From positions 80,168,001-80,232,000 of the forward strand of contig CM059432.1 of assembly GCA_030390025.1 (NCBI GenBank): 64,000 nucleotides of DNA, given 5' to 3'. Shown in pieces: positions 1 through 11,973 of the stretch. The notes below the pieces were generated by a model. It saw only the letters and a list, made by a program, of their open reading frames with translations, made no database searches and was not told the origin of the DNA. Position numbers and translations under genes: made by a program. How positions within the stretch are numbered: the stretch's first letter is position 1; each line of letters begins with the position of its first letter. This stretch comes from Squalus acanthias (lineage: Eukaryota).

Positions 1-1050
1 TGAACTGGTATACAATCCTGCTGATGGTTCACATTACTTCATGAATACCCGACTTTGGGCTGCAAGAGCTCTCCTTAGTTTGTCCCACTTAGCATGGTGG
101 TAGTGCCACACTAAAGACGAGACTTTGTCTTCACAAGAACTGTGCAGTGGCCACTTCTAACAATGCTATTGTGGACAGATGTGTCTGCAACAGAGAGAGG
201 TATGTTTGTGAGGGCAAATCGAAGTGGGTTATTCCCTTGTGTTGGTTTCCTCACACCTGACCAGTCTGGCAGCTATGTCCTTCAGGACTCAGTAGTACCG
301 AGCTAGTCTTGAACATTTAAGTCCCCCACCCAGAGTACATTTTATGTCTGGTTTTCTGCAGTGCTTGCTCCTAGTTTTTAAAGAGGTCTTTAAAATTATG
401 AAGGGGTTCAATAGGGTAGACGTAGAGGGGAAGTCCAAAACTAGGTGCCATAAATATAAGATGGTCACTAATAAATCCAAACTTCTTTTCTCAAAGAATA
501 GTGAGAATGTGGAACTTGGTACCACATGGAGTGATTGAGGCAAATAGCATAGATGCATTTAAGAGGAAGCGAGATAAGTACATGAGGGAGAAAGAAATAG
601 GATATGATGATAGGGTGAGATGAAGTAAGGTGGAAGGAGGCCTGTGTGGAACATAAACACTGGCATAGACCTGTTGGGCCGAATGGCCTGTTACTGTGCT
701 GTAAAATTCTTACGTAATTCTAGTTTTGAACATGAAGAGTACTGATAAGTCAGTTGAGGGGGGATGGGAGCAGCTGGTAATCATCAAGAAGTTTCCTTGG
801 CCTTGTTTAGTCTGTAGCCATGAAACTTCATGGGGTCCAGAGCCAATGCTGAAGACTCCCAGAGAGACAAACCCAATTGTGTGTATACCACTGTGCTCCC
901 TATGGTGAGTCTATCATGCCAATGAGATAAGACAATGGTGATGGAGGATTCAGGGATGTTGGTTGATAGATGTAATTCTGTGAGTATGATTATATCATGC
1001 TGTTGCGTGACTAGTCTGTAGGACAGCTCTCCCAATGTGGGCACCAGCCT
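1..1050 (-). mobile_element. Degraded LINE endonuclease region (same family as 58215-60620), split by a CR1 3' fragment
   Basis: ORF 784-1044 (LGELSYRLVTQQHDIIILTELHLSTNIPESSITI) and region 60-200 match the APE domain at 58661-59335. About 375-720 is a plus-strand CR1 tail. Confidence 0.7.
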
Positions 1051-1074
1051 GCGATGTTTGAGGCCACAATGGAA

Positions 1075-1284
1075 GGGCTTTAAAAGCAGCTGCTATTATG
1101 ACGTCATCATAGGCAGCCAGCCGACCCGATCCCACTCATTGGACCGGCCAGCGCGCCTCCATGAAATTAAAAAGGTACTTTAATAAAAATCGCAACTCTG
1201 CAGCTGTTCCCGCCGGAAGTGGCTCCTGAACCTGCCCACCACGCAACCCGACTCCAAGCCGCCTCGTGAATTAAAGTCGAGCCC
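1075..1284 (-). mobile_element. Terminal fragment of a Harbinger family (same as 14754-18426)
   Basis: Reverse complement of 14754-14955, ending in ttaaagtcgagccc (TIR). Confidence 0.75.
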
Positions 1285-1938
1285 TTGGTGTCTGGAGGCA
1301 CCCAGTAATGTAAAACATTAGGGTGGTAGTTACTTCTCTTCGACTATGAGCATTGTCCTGATGTTGTTGCTTGGTTCCAGGTCTGAAATTATGTCCCTTT
1401 GGTGATGCATCTCTTTAAATACTGTCCCTCACTGAGACGCAGATAGGTGGCATTTCAGCAACACTCACACTGCAGTGGATAAGTGGATAGTAGCAAGTCT
1501 TCAATGCCTGTCTCTACAGTCTTGAACTTTCTGGGCATGGCATCCTACTCTCCCTCTCCTCTAAAATATTTCGCACGGAGATGATAGTTCCAAACCTATG
1601 CCGCTATCTTCATCGAAAGACTCCTCATTCACTAGTTTGGTAAACTACCCATGCTCTGCTCAGCCCTGGAGCTCTATATGTTCCCTCTAGTGCTTTTAAA
1701 GCAGCTTCAACTGTGTGAAATTAACACAATGTGCAAATCAAGTAAATCCTGAGTGAATTTACATGTTAACCATTAATTAATGCTTAATAAGCAATCAACA
1801 AATAAAGTGTTAACGCTAAGTCAATGCATTACAGTCTATTACTCCCGGGAACAATTCTGTAAATTTGTTGCACGTGCTTGAACAGAAACAGAAACTATCT
1901 GGTAACACTTAATACTAATTCAGGTTAATTCTACTTAC

Positions 1939-2141
1939 CACACACTTGAAATTAGGAATGATTGCGTCCTTATAGGAATATGGATATAGTAGCATTTGTG
2001 AATATGCATGGAATGAAATGTATGCTTTAATTTGTTTCTTGTGTTTACGTAGGAAAGTTGCAACAGCCTTTACTTCTGGCTCAGATTCTGGCACGGGTCC
2101 ACAGTATGTATCAGCGCAAGGATGCAAGGAAGCACCTTCAC
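1939..2141 (-). CDS. CPA6: CPA6 exon 9 equivalent (third Zn ligand), 203 nt
   Basis: cttt[71 protein letters not shown]|GTaagt; SFHAYSQ motif. Its phase-1 start matches exon 8. The last exons lie beyond position 1. Confidence 0.97.
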
Positions 2142-3254
2142 CTAAAGTGTTACAGAAAAAATTATAAATGAAAGCTACAGAGAAAAACAGAAACCTGGGA
2201 ATGATTAAAAGGCATTAACCTTATTGAGGAATTGTGATGATGCCATGAACCAAGGGCCAAGTTTAAGTAGTTGATACTATGATTTGAACTTGTAGATGAG
2301 ATTAATGCCTGGAAATCACTCCCATATGTCTGAGTTATAAAACACATCAATGCTAGAAATCGAAATTAAAACAGAAAATGCCAGAAATGCAAAGCATCTG
2401 ATAGGTTAACATTTTAAGTGTAACCTTTCATCAGAATTCCCACATTTCCATTTTTTAAAGTATATGCTAATTTAAGAGGGCCATTTTATTGCATTTTTAG
2501 TTGCACTTGTTCTGTGGGTGGTGGGTGTCATGGCAGATATAGATGGCCAGAATGCTTCATGTTGTTGTGAGATGATGTCCATACTGAAAGAATAATGATT
2601 GTAATGTAATCATTGCAAATTTATTATGGGAAAATTTACTGAGATTTACAGAAATAAGGTTAACTGGTAACTTTTATAAAAATTATAAGCAAACATTGCA
2701 AATAAAATAAAACACATTTTGCATAAGTAAACAATATTATTTTTTCAATTTACTTCGGAGATTTCTTTTGTGAATTTTGTAATTGCATTAGTTTTACCTT
2801 TCTTTTACTCCACTTTTAGTTTTAACACATTTTACTTTTGATTTAAAAAGGGAAATATTTTAAAAGGGAATTATAGGCCAGTTAATGTAATACCTGTCCT
2901 GGCAAAATTTGTCAGAAGTATCTAACAGGATATTACTAACATTCTCAAAGAATAATGGTGAGGTTTTTTTTTGGTGATGGTAATTGTACGTTGTTGCTGT
3001 GCCAATTAGAAAATAACAGACTTGGCTTAGAACTATGCCCACAATATTTCTTTTATGCATTCATCTCAGTGTTAGATGGATTTTCCCTCTCAAGTTCAAA
3101 TAGCCTGCTGATACCTTAAAAAAGGGGTGCTGGGTAAGGTAGTCTTGTGTCCATGTGTCAATATGATCAAAGGGAAAGGAGCCAGAGAATGCTCACAAGA
3201 TAGATATGAATGAGCAAGTAAGGCCATCCAATTATTATTAACTGGTATTAACAG

Positions 3255-4340
3255 TCATTGCGCAGTAATGAGACTTTTGAAGAAGTGACCAATTGGATAG
3301 GTAATGGAAATGCAGTAGATGTAGTGTACATGGATTTTCATGAGGTGTTTGATAAGGTGTCTCACAAGAGGCTTCTTAGAAAAATTCAGGTGTATAGTGC
3401 AAGAGGAAATATAGCAGCATGGACAGGTGGTTGGTTGATGAAAAGGAAACAACATTCAGGTAAATCGGTGTTGCTCAGGAGAAGGGTTGGAGGTGGTGTA
3501 CTCCAGAGATCAGTAAAATGTCCATTTCTGTTCTCTGTGCATGCATAGATGATTTGGACTTGGAATTTGCAGATGATACAAAAGTAGGAGGTTTTTCAAA
3601 CAAACAAGAGGAATACAAAAGATTTCAGGAAAACAGATAGATTAGCAGAATGGGCAGGCAGGTGACAGATGCAATTTCATGTGGATAAATGTGAGGCAAT
3701 ACATTTTGAGAGAAAAAAACAAGGAGTGGCAGTATGCACTTAATGGAAGGAAGTTGAAGGGTGTAAATGAACAGAGATCTAGGGGTTCAAATATATAATT
3801 CTCTAAAAGTGTGATTGCAAGTAGAGCCATAAAAAAAGGCTAGTAGCATTTCAGGTTTTATGAATAGGGGTATACGGTACAATAGTAAAGAATGATGAAT
3901 TTTATACAAAACATTAGTTAGGTCACAGTTAGAGTATTGTACAGTTTTGGATCCCTATGATAGAAAGGATATTAAAGCCTTAGAGAACCTTCAGCGTAGA
4001 TTCACAAGTATGATGGCAGTGATGCCAAACTGCAGTTATGAGGATAGACTTGAGACACTGGAACTAATTCCAGGGGAGCAGAGAAGGCCAAGAGGAGAAT
4101 TAATAGAGGTTTTTAATTATGAAGAGTTTAAATAGAATGAATATGGATAGACTCTTTCATTTGGTTTGGGAGTTAGTGAGGCGGTATCATCAATTTAAGA
4201 TTATCACGAAGAGAGTTAGAACAGAAGTTAGGAAAAAAATCTTTATTTAGAGGGTATGGGGAGAGAGCAAAGAAGTGGGATTAGTTTTGGATTGCTCTAG
4301 CAAAGAACCTGCATAGACCTGATGGACCAAATGGCTTCCT
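3255..4340 (+). mobile_element. Old CR1 LINE, RT and 3' end
   Basis: VDVVYMDFHEVFDKVSHKRLL, FADDTK-like and LENLQRRFT remnants with many stops. Confidence 0.8.
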
Positions 4341-4419
4341 TCTATCCTGTAAACCTCTAATATTTTATCAGATAATGATCTTTCAGTTCCGATGAAGGGT
4401 TACACTGAAAACATCTGTT

Positions 4420-5574
4420 GAGCCGTGAGAGGCCAACTAAGTGAGACACTGACAGACTGAGTTTTTATTGAAAGGAAATAAGGATTTTGGCCTGAATAGG
4501 AGTTTGGTGCTGAGAGAGTGGGCCTGAATCTGCAAGACTAGGCAGTTAACTAAGAATTAGTTCGAATTAATTAAGTCTAAATTAGAACTATAGTCAGGGC
4601 AGGAACAGGGGCTAGGCTTGTGATATGTGCAGCTTGTATAATGTAGAATGTCCATGTTCAGCAAAGTCCAGGAGGAGTGCACACTCAGTGTCAGAAAGGT
4701 GTGTTGCTTGAGCAGAGCAATGCAGCTGGCTACTCTCTACAACATATATGGGGAGGAAAGCTTATGAAAGACATGTTCCAGAAAGTGGTCAACCCACAGA
4801 AGAATACAGTAAAACAGTTAGGGAAGTAGATAATCACTAACAGGGAATGGAGGAGACAGGAGGAACTAGTAGAGGAAATGTTGTGGGTCTGGATTTGTCC
4901 AATAGGTATACAGTTTTCAATACCTGTGATGAGGAGAAGGACAGAGACTTAGGCGACGTAATCAAGAGCAGCATCATGGCACTGTGGAGCATCAGATTGT
5001 GCTTAACCAATGGAATTTAGGAGGGCATTTGGTACTGTTCCACATAAGGCAACTATATAAGGTTCTGGCTCATGGAATAGAAGGCAAGGCATGACTGAAT
5101 TAGTAACTGGTAGGTTGGTAAACAGCAATGAGTAGTAGTACATGGGGATGTATCTGGGTGGCAGCCATTTAGCGGTGTGCCACAGGGGTCGGTGCTGGGA
5201 CTGTTACTGTTTATAGTTTTTATAAATGGTTTGGAGGAGGAATCATGTCCAAGGTGTCTAATGATGATTATCAATGTGCACAAAATGGTACTGTGCTTAT
5301 GCTTCACAATAGGAAAAAGGTCTGAGGATTTGGTAGATGGGATGCTAAAAATATCAGTAGTGTTCACAGGCAGTTTGGAGGTTGAACAGGATGTTGGGAT
5401 GTATAGCTAGGGCTGCAACGTATAAATCAAGAAAGGTAATTTGAAAATTATATCTGGATTTGGGAGAGACTGCATCTGGAGTACTGCTTGAAATTTTAAT
5501 CTCCTTATTTTTAAAAGAAGATTAAGTTATTGGAGAGATGCAAAGGAGGCATACTACATGAATTCCAGAAATTA
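4420..5574 (+). mobile_element. Highly degraded, internally deleted CR1 LINE
   Basis: PQGSVLGLLLFIVFINGL at 5177; CR1 C-terminal remnants near 5470-5570. Confidence 0.6.
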
Positions 5575-5575
5575 A

Positions 5576-6519
5576 GGGGGCAATTTCAACTCCCAAAAAC
5601 GGGTGGGTTGTTAAAATATTAAAAATGTCAAACCTGAACCCAGCCCACCTCGAACAAGCCGACTTCCAGTTTTAACGCAGACGGGACAGGGGGCGGGCAA
5701 CCAATCTGCTCCCAGGAGGTGATTCGCTCATTTAAATATTTTAATGAGGCTGCATGCCTCAGATTTTACCTCCATTTTAAACTTAAAACTGGCTGGCCGG
5801 GTTCCGGCAGCTGAGGGGAGGCAAGGACTGCTGGATCCAGCAGGTAAGTGCCTTTCCAGCATTGCTTGTGGGCCAGGAGGAGCAGGAGTGCTTCCCACCA
5901 GCCCACCAAGCTAACCTGCTTCCCCTCCCGCGATCAGCTGTTCCCCTCCACTTCCGCCGATTCAATCTCCCCCACCCCTGCCACCCCCCCAGCCACAATG
6001 TCCTCCCAAGCCACAATTTCCCACCGACCCAGTCTTTCTGATCTCCCACCCCCATCCCAGTCTTTTCTATCCCTCCCTCCCTCCCTCCCTCCATTGCACA
6101 CCCCGGCTGCAGCCTCCGATCTCTCCCGACCATTCCGATCGCCCCCCTCGACCTTGCGGATCTCCCCCAACCCAGACCTCCGATCTCCCCTCACCCCACT
6201 CCACTCCTCCGGCCTCCTATCTCTCCCCCCCCACCTCCTATCTCCCCCCCCCCCCCCCTCCGGCCCACCCACCCCTCCGTCCTCCTATCTTCCACCCCCC
6301 CAGCCCACCCACCCCTCCAGACTCCTATCTTCCACCCCACCCCCCCCACCCCTCCAGCCCACCCACCCCTCCAGCCTCCTATCTCCGCCCCCCACCCCCG
6401 GACTCCGATCTCACCCTCCAAGATCCCCACCTGACTTTTCCGATCCTTCCCTCCCTCCTCTCCCTGGCTGTGGCCTGGTGCCGAAGGCCTACAACCTGAC
6501 AGTCAGCCAGCCTCTCAAT
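5576..6519 (+). mobile_element. Truncated non-autonomous DNA element (Harbinger/MITE-like) with C-rich internal repeats
   Basis: Starts ggggcaatttcaac, like the other GG-initiated TIRs here. Pyrimidine-rich tandem units at 5920-6460. Stops 10 nt from the exon 8 boundary. Confidence 0.5.
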
Positions 6520-6529
6520 TTGAACTTAC

Positions 6530-6620
6530 TGCACCACTTGACCTTCCAATTACGGTTGGCATCAACTCCGTGGCAATTGAAATGGGTACTGTTAGAACGT
6601 GTCTTTCTCCAGAACCGATC
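6530..6620 (-). CDS. CPA6: CPA6 exon 8 equivalent, 91 nt
   Basis: attt[33 protein letters not shown]|GTaagt; WRKTR and GVDxNRN substrate-binding motifs. Not shown in the ORF track. Confidence 0.96.
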
Positions 6621-6952
6621 CTAAATATGATGCAAAAATTGTACGTTTCAAATTACAATGATCAGACTTCAACTTTCTAAAGAACTTCTTCACCTTAATT
6701 GTGTTGACTGATAAAACAATAGGTCACTTGACAATACAGAGCCATGTGATAATTTTTCATTTACAGCCACACCCAAAGCTTATTTACATGACTAGATAAC
6801 AAAAAACAATGAAGTTTACTAATTAATTTATGAAGTCATAGACATGCAGGAGATCAAACTGTTTCCTTAAAAAGAGGGCACCAACAAAAACTATAATTGG
6901 AATTGATCTTTGGAGGACTTGCTTTAGGAAAAAAAACACATGATTCACTTAC

Positions 6953-7063
6953 AGTTGTCCAGCTATAATGATATCCGTCTACATTAAAAACAGGCATGAT
7001 GTAGAAATGCAGTTGATTTAGAAGTCGTCGCATTGCAGGATCACTGCGGTATGTTTGCACAGC
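6953..7063 (-). CDS. CPA6: CPA6 exon 7 equivalent, 111 nt
   Basis: ttttatgtaAG|AVQTYRSDPAMRRLLNQLHFYIMPVFNVDGYHYSWTT|GTaagt; PVxNVDGY motif. Confidence 0.96.
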
Positions 7064-7781
7064 CTTACATAAAAGAAAACCAAACATTCAGATGCTTTTT
7101 AAAATCCGATTTACATTGTAACTGTAAGCTTGCAATACTGTATATGAATATGGCTATTACCATATAAAACTACAGAGCTTGTATACCATTTAACTTTGTA
7201 ATAAAAAAAATCTGTGTGAAAATAACAAGGACGATCTAAGCAAACTTATTCTTGTGGGTTGATTGAAGGCTTACAACAATATGTACCAAGAGTTGGGATG
7301 CGAGAAATAGGGAATAGATACTTTTCAGCTGGGAAAAACAAGTTGGCCCTTTATATGACATGGGAATAGGAGCCATGTGTGGCACCGCCAATTTACAGTG
7401 TTATGATGATAATTTACTCAGCACGGACAAGGGGTGTTTTTAGGCCTGCCCCAATAAAGTCACAGAAGAACTTTGAAAGCGTTTGTGGGAGCATTACCTG
7501 GATGCCTCAAGAATTCTGCTCAGCTTGTCCTGATGGACTCAATCAGATCTATGTCTGATGAAAGGTGTAGCTTCTGTTGTGGGCCAACAAGTTTGTGGGA
7601 TTTCTAATTCAAAGTGCAGTTCAGTTAATTTTGAAGCAAGCAGAAAGCCTCTAATTATATCAGTTAGAAAATATAAGCATTCTAATTGCTGATACCTGTG
7701 AGACATACAGAGGAAGAGATAAAAAGAGCGCGGCCAACAGACTGAATCTTTCCTCATCATAATGTGATTCCTTTAAAAAGT

Positions 7782-10700
7782 GGGTTAGAGTTTCCGCGAG
7801 GTTGCGCTTATTTTTTTCAGCGCAATTCACCCAAAATCAGCCAAACCAGTGCAAAAGATCAAAGAATTTCAGCACAAATTATGTCCGCTGCAAATCGAGT
7901 TTCGGCGATCTTTTGCACTAGTTTAAAAAACATTGCGCTGGAAGCCAGCCTCACCCAAAAAACTGGCCGCGCCCCAGATCAAATTAATCACCACACCGAG
8001 TTTCCGCTAATTGTGCCCGTTTGCGGGCCTTCGAGCAGGCTCTTAAAATTAATCTTTTTCTTTTTTAGATGCAAGGCACCTTTTAAAAGCTTTTAAATAT
8101 TAAAAAATATTTAATTTACTAAGAAACTGATTACTGTACACCAATGAAACTGGTAAATGGTCTGTATAGTTTTTTTAAGTCATTTTCAGTTATTTAAAAT
8201 TGGGTTACTCACAAGTGAGTAATGTAGGGCAGAGTATAAATCAGGAAATTAGAGGGGCATGTAACAAGGCTAATACAGTAATCATGGGGGACTTTAATCT
8301 ACATATAGACTGGGCAAACCAAATTTGCAGTAATAGTGTGGAGGACGAATTCATGGAAGGTATGCAAGATAGTTTTCTAGATCAGTATGTTGAGGAACCA
8401 AATAGGGAACAGGCTATTTTAGATCTAGTATTGTGCAACGAGAAAGGGTTAATTAATAAACTTGTAGTTAAGGGGCCTTTAGGGAAGAGTGACCATAATA
8501 TGATAGAATTTTATATCGAGTTTGAAAGTGATTTAGTTAAATCCGAAACTAGGTCTTAAATCTAAACAAAGCAAACTATGTAGGTATGAGGGGCGAGTTG
8601 GCGAAGGTAGATTGGGAAACTACATTAAAAGGTATGACGGTAGAGAACCAATGGCTAGCATTTGAAGAATTACCTGTACATAATTTACAACAAATATACA
8701 TTCCTTAAAGGCAGAAAAACCCCCACAGGAAAAGTGGTCCAACCGTGGCTAAGAAGAGAAGTTAAAGATAGTATTAGATCAAAGGAAGAGGCTTATAATG
8801 TTGCCAAAAAGAGAAGCATGCCTGAGATTGGGAGGATTTTAGAATTCAGCAAAGGAGGACCAAGAAATTGATAAAGAAAGGGAAAATAGAATGAGAGTAA
8901 ACTAGCGAGAGACATAAAAACAGACTGTAAAAGCTTCAATAGGTATGTAGCAAAAGTAAATGTGGGTCCCTTGCAGGCTGAGACAGGAGAAATTATAATG
9001 GGGAATAAGGAAATGGCAGAAAAAATAAACAAATACTTTGTGTCTGTCTTCACCGAAGACGACGTAAAAAACTTCCCGGAAATAGTGGAGAACCGAGGGT
9101 CTAGTGAGAATGAGGAACGGAAAAAAATAGTATGTCAAAAAATTATACTGGAGAAATTAATGGGACTGAAAGCTGATAAATCCCCAGGACCTGATGGCCT
9201 ACATCCTAGGGTTTACAAAGAGGTGGCTATGGAGATAATGGATGCATTGGTTGTCATTTTCCAGAATTCCATGGATTCTGGAATGGTTCCCACGGATTGG
9301 AAGGTAGCAAATATAACCCCACTATTTAAGAAAGGAGGGAGAGAGAAAACGGGGAACGCAGACCAGTTAGCCTGACATCAGTAGCAGGGAAAATGCTAGA
9401 ATCTATTATTAAGGAAGTGGTAGCAGGGCACTTAGAAAATAATAATAGGATTGGGCAGAGTCAACACGGATTTATGAAAGGGAAATTGTGTTTGATGAAT
9501 CTGTAGGAGTTTTTTGAGGCTGTAACTAGCAGAATAGATAAGGGGGAAGCAGTGAATGTGGTGTATTTGGATTTTAAGAAGGCATTCGATAAGGTGCCAC
9601 ACAAGAGGTTATTAAACAAAATTAGGGCTCATGGGATTGGGGTAATACACCAGCATGGATTGAGGATTGGTTAACGGACAGAAAACAGAGTCTCGGAATA
9701 AACAGGTCATTTTTGGGTTGGCAGGCTGTAACTGGTGGGGTACTTCTTGGGCCTCAGCTATTCACAATCTATATTAATGATTTGGATGAGGGGACCAAAT
9801 GCAATATATCCAAGTTTGCTGATGATACAAAGCTAGGTGGGAATGTAAGTTGTGAGGAGGATGCAAGGAGGCTTCAAAGGGATATAGACAGGCTAAGTGA
9901 GTGGCAAGAACATGGCAAATGGAATATAATGTGGAGAAAAGTGAAGTTATCCACTTTGGTAGGAAAAATAGAAAAGCAGAGTATTTTTTAAATGGTGATA
10001 GATTGGGAAATGTTGGTGTTCAGAGGGACCTGGGTGTGCTTGTACATGAATCACTGAAAGTTAACACGCAGGTACAGCAAGCAATTAGGAAAGCAAATGG
10101 TATGTTGGACTTTATTACAAAGGATTTGAGTATAAGAGTAAAGACGTCTTACTGCAATTACTGGTGAGACCACACCTGGAGTATTGTGTACTGTTTTGAT
10201 CTCCTTACCTAAGGAAGGATATACTTGCCATAGAGGGAGTGCAATGAAGGTTCACCAGACTGATTCCTAGGATGGGGAGATTGTCCCATGAGGAGAGATT
10301 GAGTAGACTAGGTTATATTCTCTAGAGTTTAGAAGAATCAGAGGTGCTCTCATTGAAACATACAAAATTCTTACAGGGCTTGATAGGTTAGATGCAGGGA
10401 GGATGTTTCCCTTGGCTCGGGAGTCTAGAATCAGGGGTCACAGTCTCAGAATAAGGGGTCGGCCATTTAGAACTGAGATGAGGAGAAATTTCTTCTCTCA
10501 GAGGGTGGTGAATCTTTGGAATTCTCTACCCCAGAGGGCTGTGGAGGCTCAGTCATTGAATATATTCAAGACAGTGATCGATAGATTTTTGGATATTAAG
10601 GGAATCAATGGATATGGGGATAGTGCAGGAAAGTGGAGTTGAGGTAGAAGATCAGCCATGATTTTATTGAATGGCGGAGCAAGCTCGAAGGGCCAAATGG

Positions 10701-11041
10701 CCGACACTCCTGCTCCTATTTCTTATGTTCTTAGTGGTGGACCAGAAACACTTGTTAAAATGCTTATTTTTTGTGATAAACCCATTTTCAGCTGTATTAA
10801 TAAAACTGCACCAGGTTACCTCTCAAATTTATCAAAGATATTTTTTAATGCAAGAAAAAAAACCTGAACAATTTTGTTCCAAAACCCGATTGCGCTGGTT
10901 CATGGAAGAGTTTACGTTTGAGATAGGCAAATGAGTTTGAGGAAACACTTGAGCAAAAAATTCAATTAAATAAACTAGCGCAAGTTTGAGTGCAATTTGC
11001 GCCCGGATTGCCGATTGCACCCAAAACGGAAACTCTATCCC
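7782..11041. mobile_element. Non-autonomous TIR element (Harbinger-like) hosting a CR1
   Basis: Left gggttagagtttccg and right cggaaactctatccc match at 14/15 positions as inverted repeats. Confidence 0.7.
8205..10733 (+). mobile_element. 5'-truncated CR1 LINE ORF2 (APE C-terminus and RT), frameshifted
   Basis: IMGDFN, LGKSDHN, KSPGPDGLHP, WKVANITPLFKKG, FADDTK; tail tcctatttcttatgttctta. Confidence 0.93.
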
Positions 11042-11442
11042 AAAAGAATGGTGAATTTTGAAATGAACGAAGCTGTTTTGAGCTAAAATGATAAGAGATG
11101 AGGGTAGGAGGGAGCAGAGAGAAGGGAAATAGCCTCTGACTTACTACCCTTCTTTGAGGATAGTGAGCTAAGGGGGACGACAAAGTGAGGGGAAGTGACA
11201 ATACTGGGATTGAATGGGTTATTTAAAAGGAAAGAGGTAAAGGTAGCCATACCCCACCAGGACGGCCTGATGGCACTCAGCTTCTTCCTTGAACAGAGGC
11301 CCAACCAGTCCCCATCCACCACCACCCTCCTCCGCCTGGCTGAACTTGTTCTCACATTGCGGAGATGCCGGTGTTGGACTGGGGTGGACAAAAGTGAGAA
11401 GTCGCACAACACCAGGTTATAGTCCAACAGTTTTATTTGAAA

Positions 11443-11480
11443 TCACAAGCTTTCGGAGCTGCTGCCCCTTCGTCAGGTGA
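11443..11480 (-). ncRNA. Minimal hammerhead ribozyme motif (inverted copy, in CPA6 sense orientation)
   Basis: Exact reverse complement of 11936-11973. Confidence 0.75.
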
Positions 11481-11935
11481 AGTGAAGGAATACGAATCGG
11501 CAAAGCATATCTAGACAGAGAACAATGCCTGTGCAGCGTACAATGTCAGACGACTAGAGTTAATCTTTCTGACTGCCTTTTATCACACCTCGGCAGAGAA
11601 ACAATCAGGTCAGTCAGGAAGGCATTATATCAAAGACATAGCAAGATACAACTAAGACAATGAGGTGGGGTCACAGGGGGTCTAATGTGTCAAATGCAGT
11701 CTGTATGGAAAACCATAAACTTTAAACTTTTTACTTTTTTTTAAAACTGGAAATCACATCTGTGAACAAGCCAACGCCGACTCGAGTCTGGATGACTCTA
11801 CGTCATGTAGCGTGACATGAACCCAAGATCCCGGTTGAGGCAGTCAGAAAGATTAACTGTAGTCGTTTGACATTGTACGCTACACAGGCATTGTTCTCTG
11901 TCTATATATGCTTTGCCGATTCGTATTCCTTCACT

Positions 11936-11973
11936 TCACCTGACGAAGGGGCAGCAGCTCCGAAAGCTTGTGA
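11936..11973 (+). ncRNA. Minimal type-I hammerhead ribozyme motif
   Basis: tcac-CTGACGA-a-GGGGC-agca-GCTCC-GAAA-gc-TT-gtga: helix I tcac/gtga, helix II GGGGC/GCTCC, palindromic AAGCTT helix III region. Confidence 0.75.

Noticed and set aside
5848..6624. 258-aa proline-rich ORF and its Gly/Arg-rich antisense ORFs
   Set aside because: Translation of a C-rich low-complexity repeat; the end overlaps CPA6 exon 8 in antisense.
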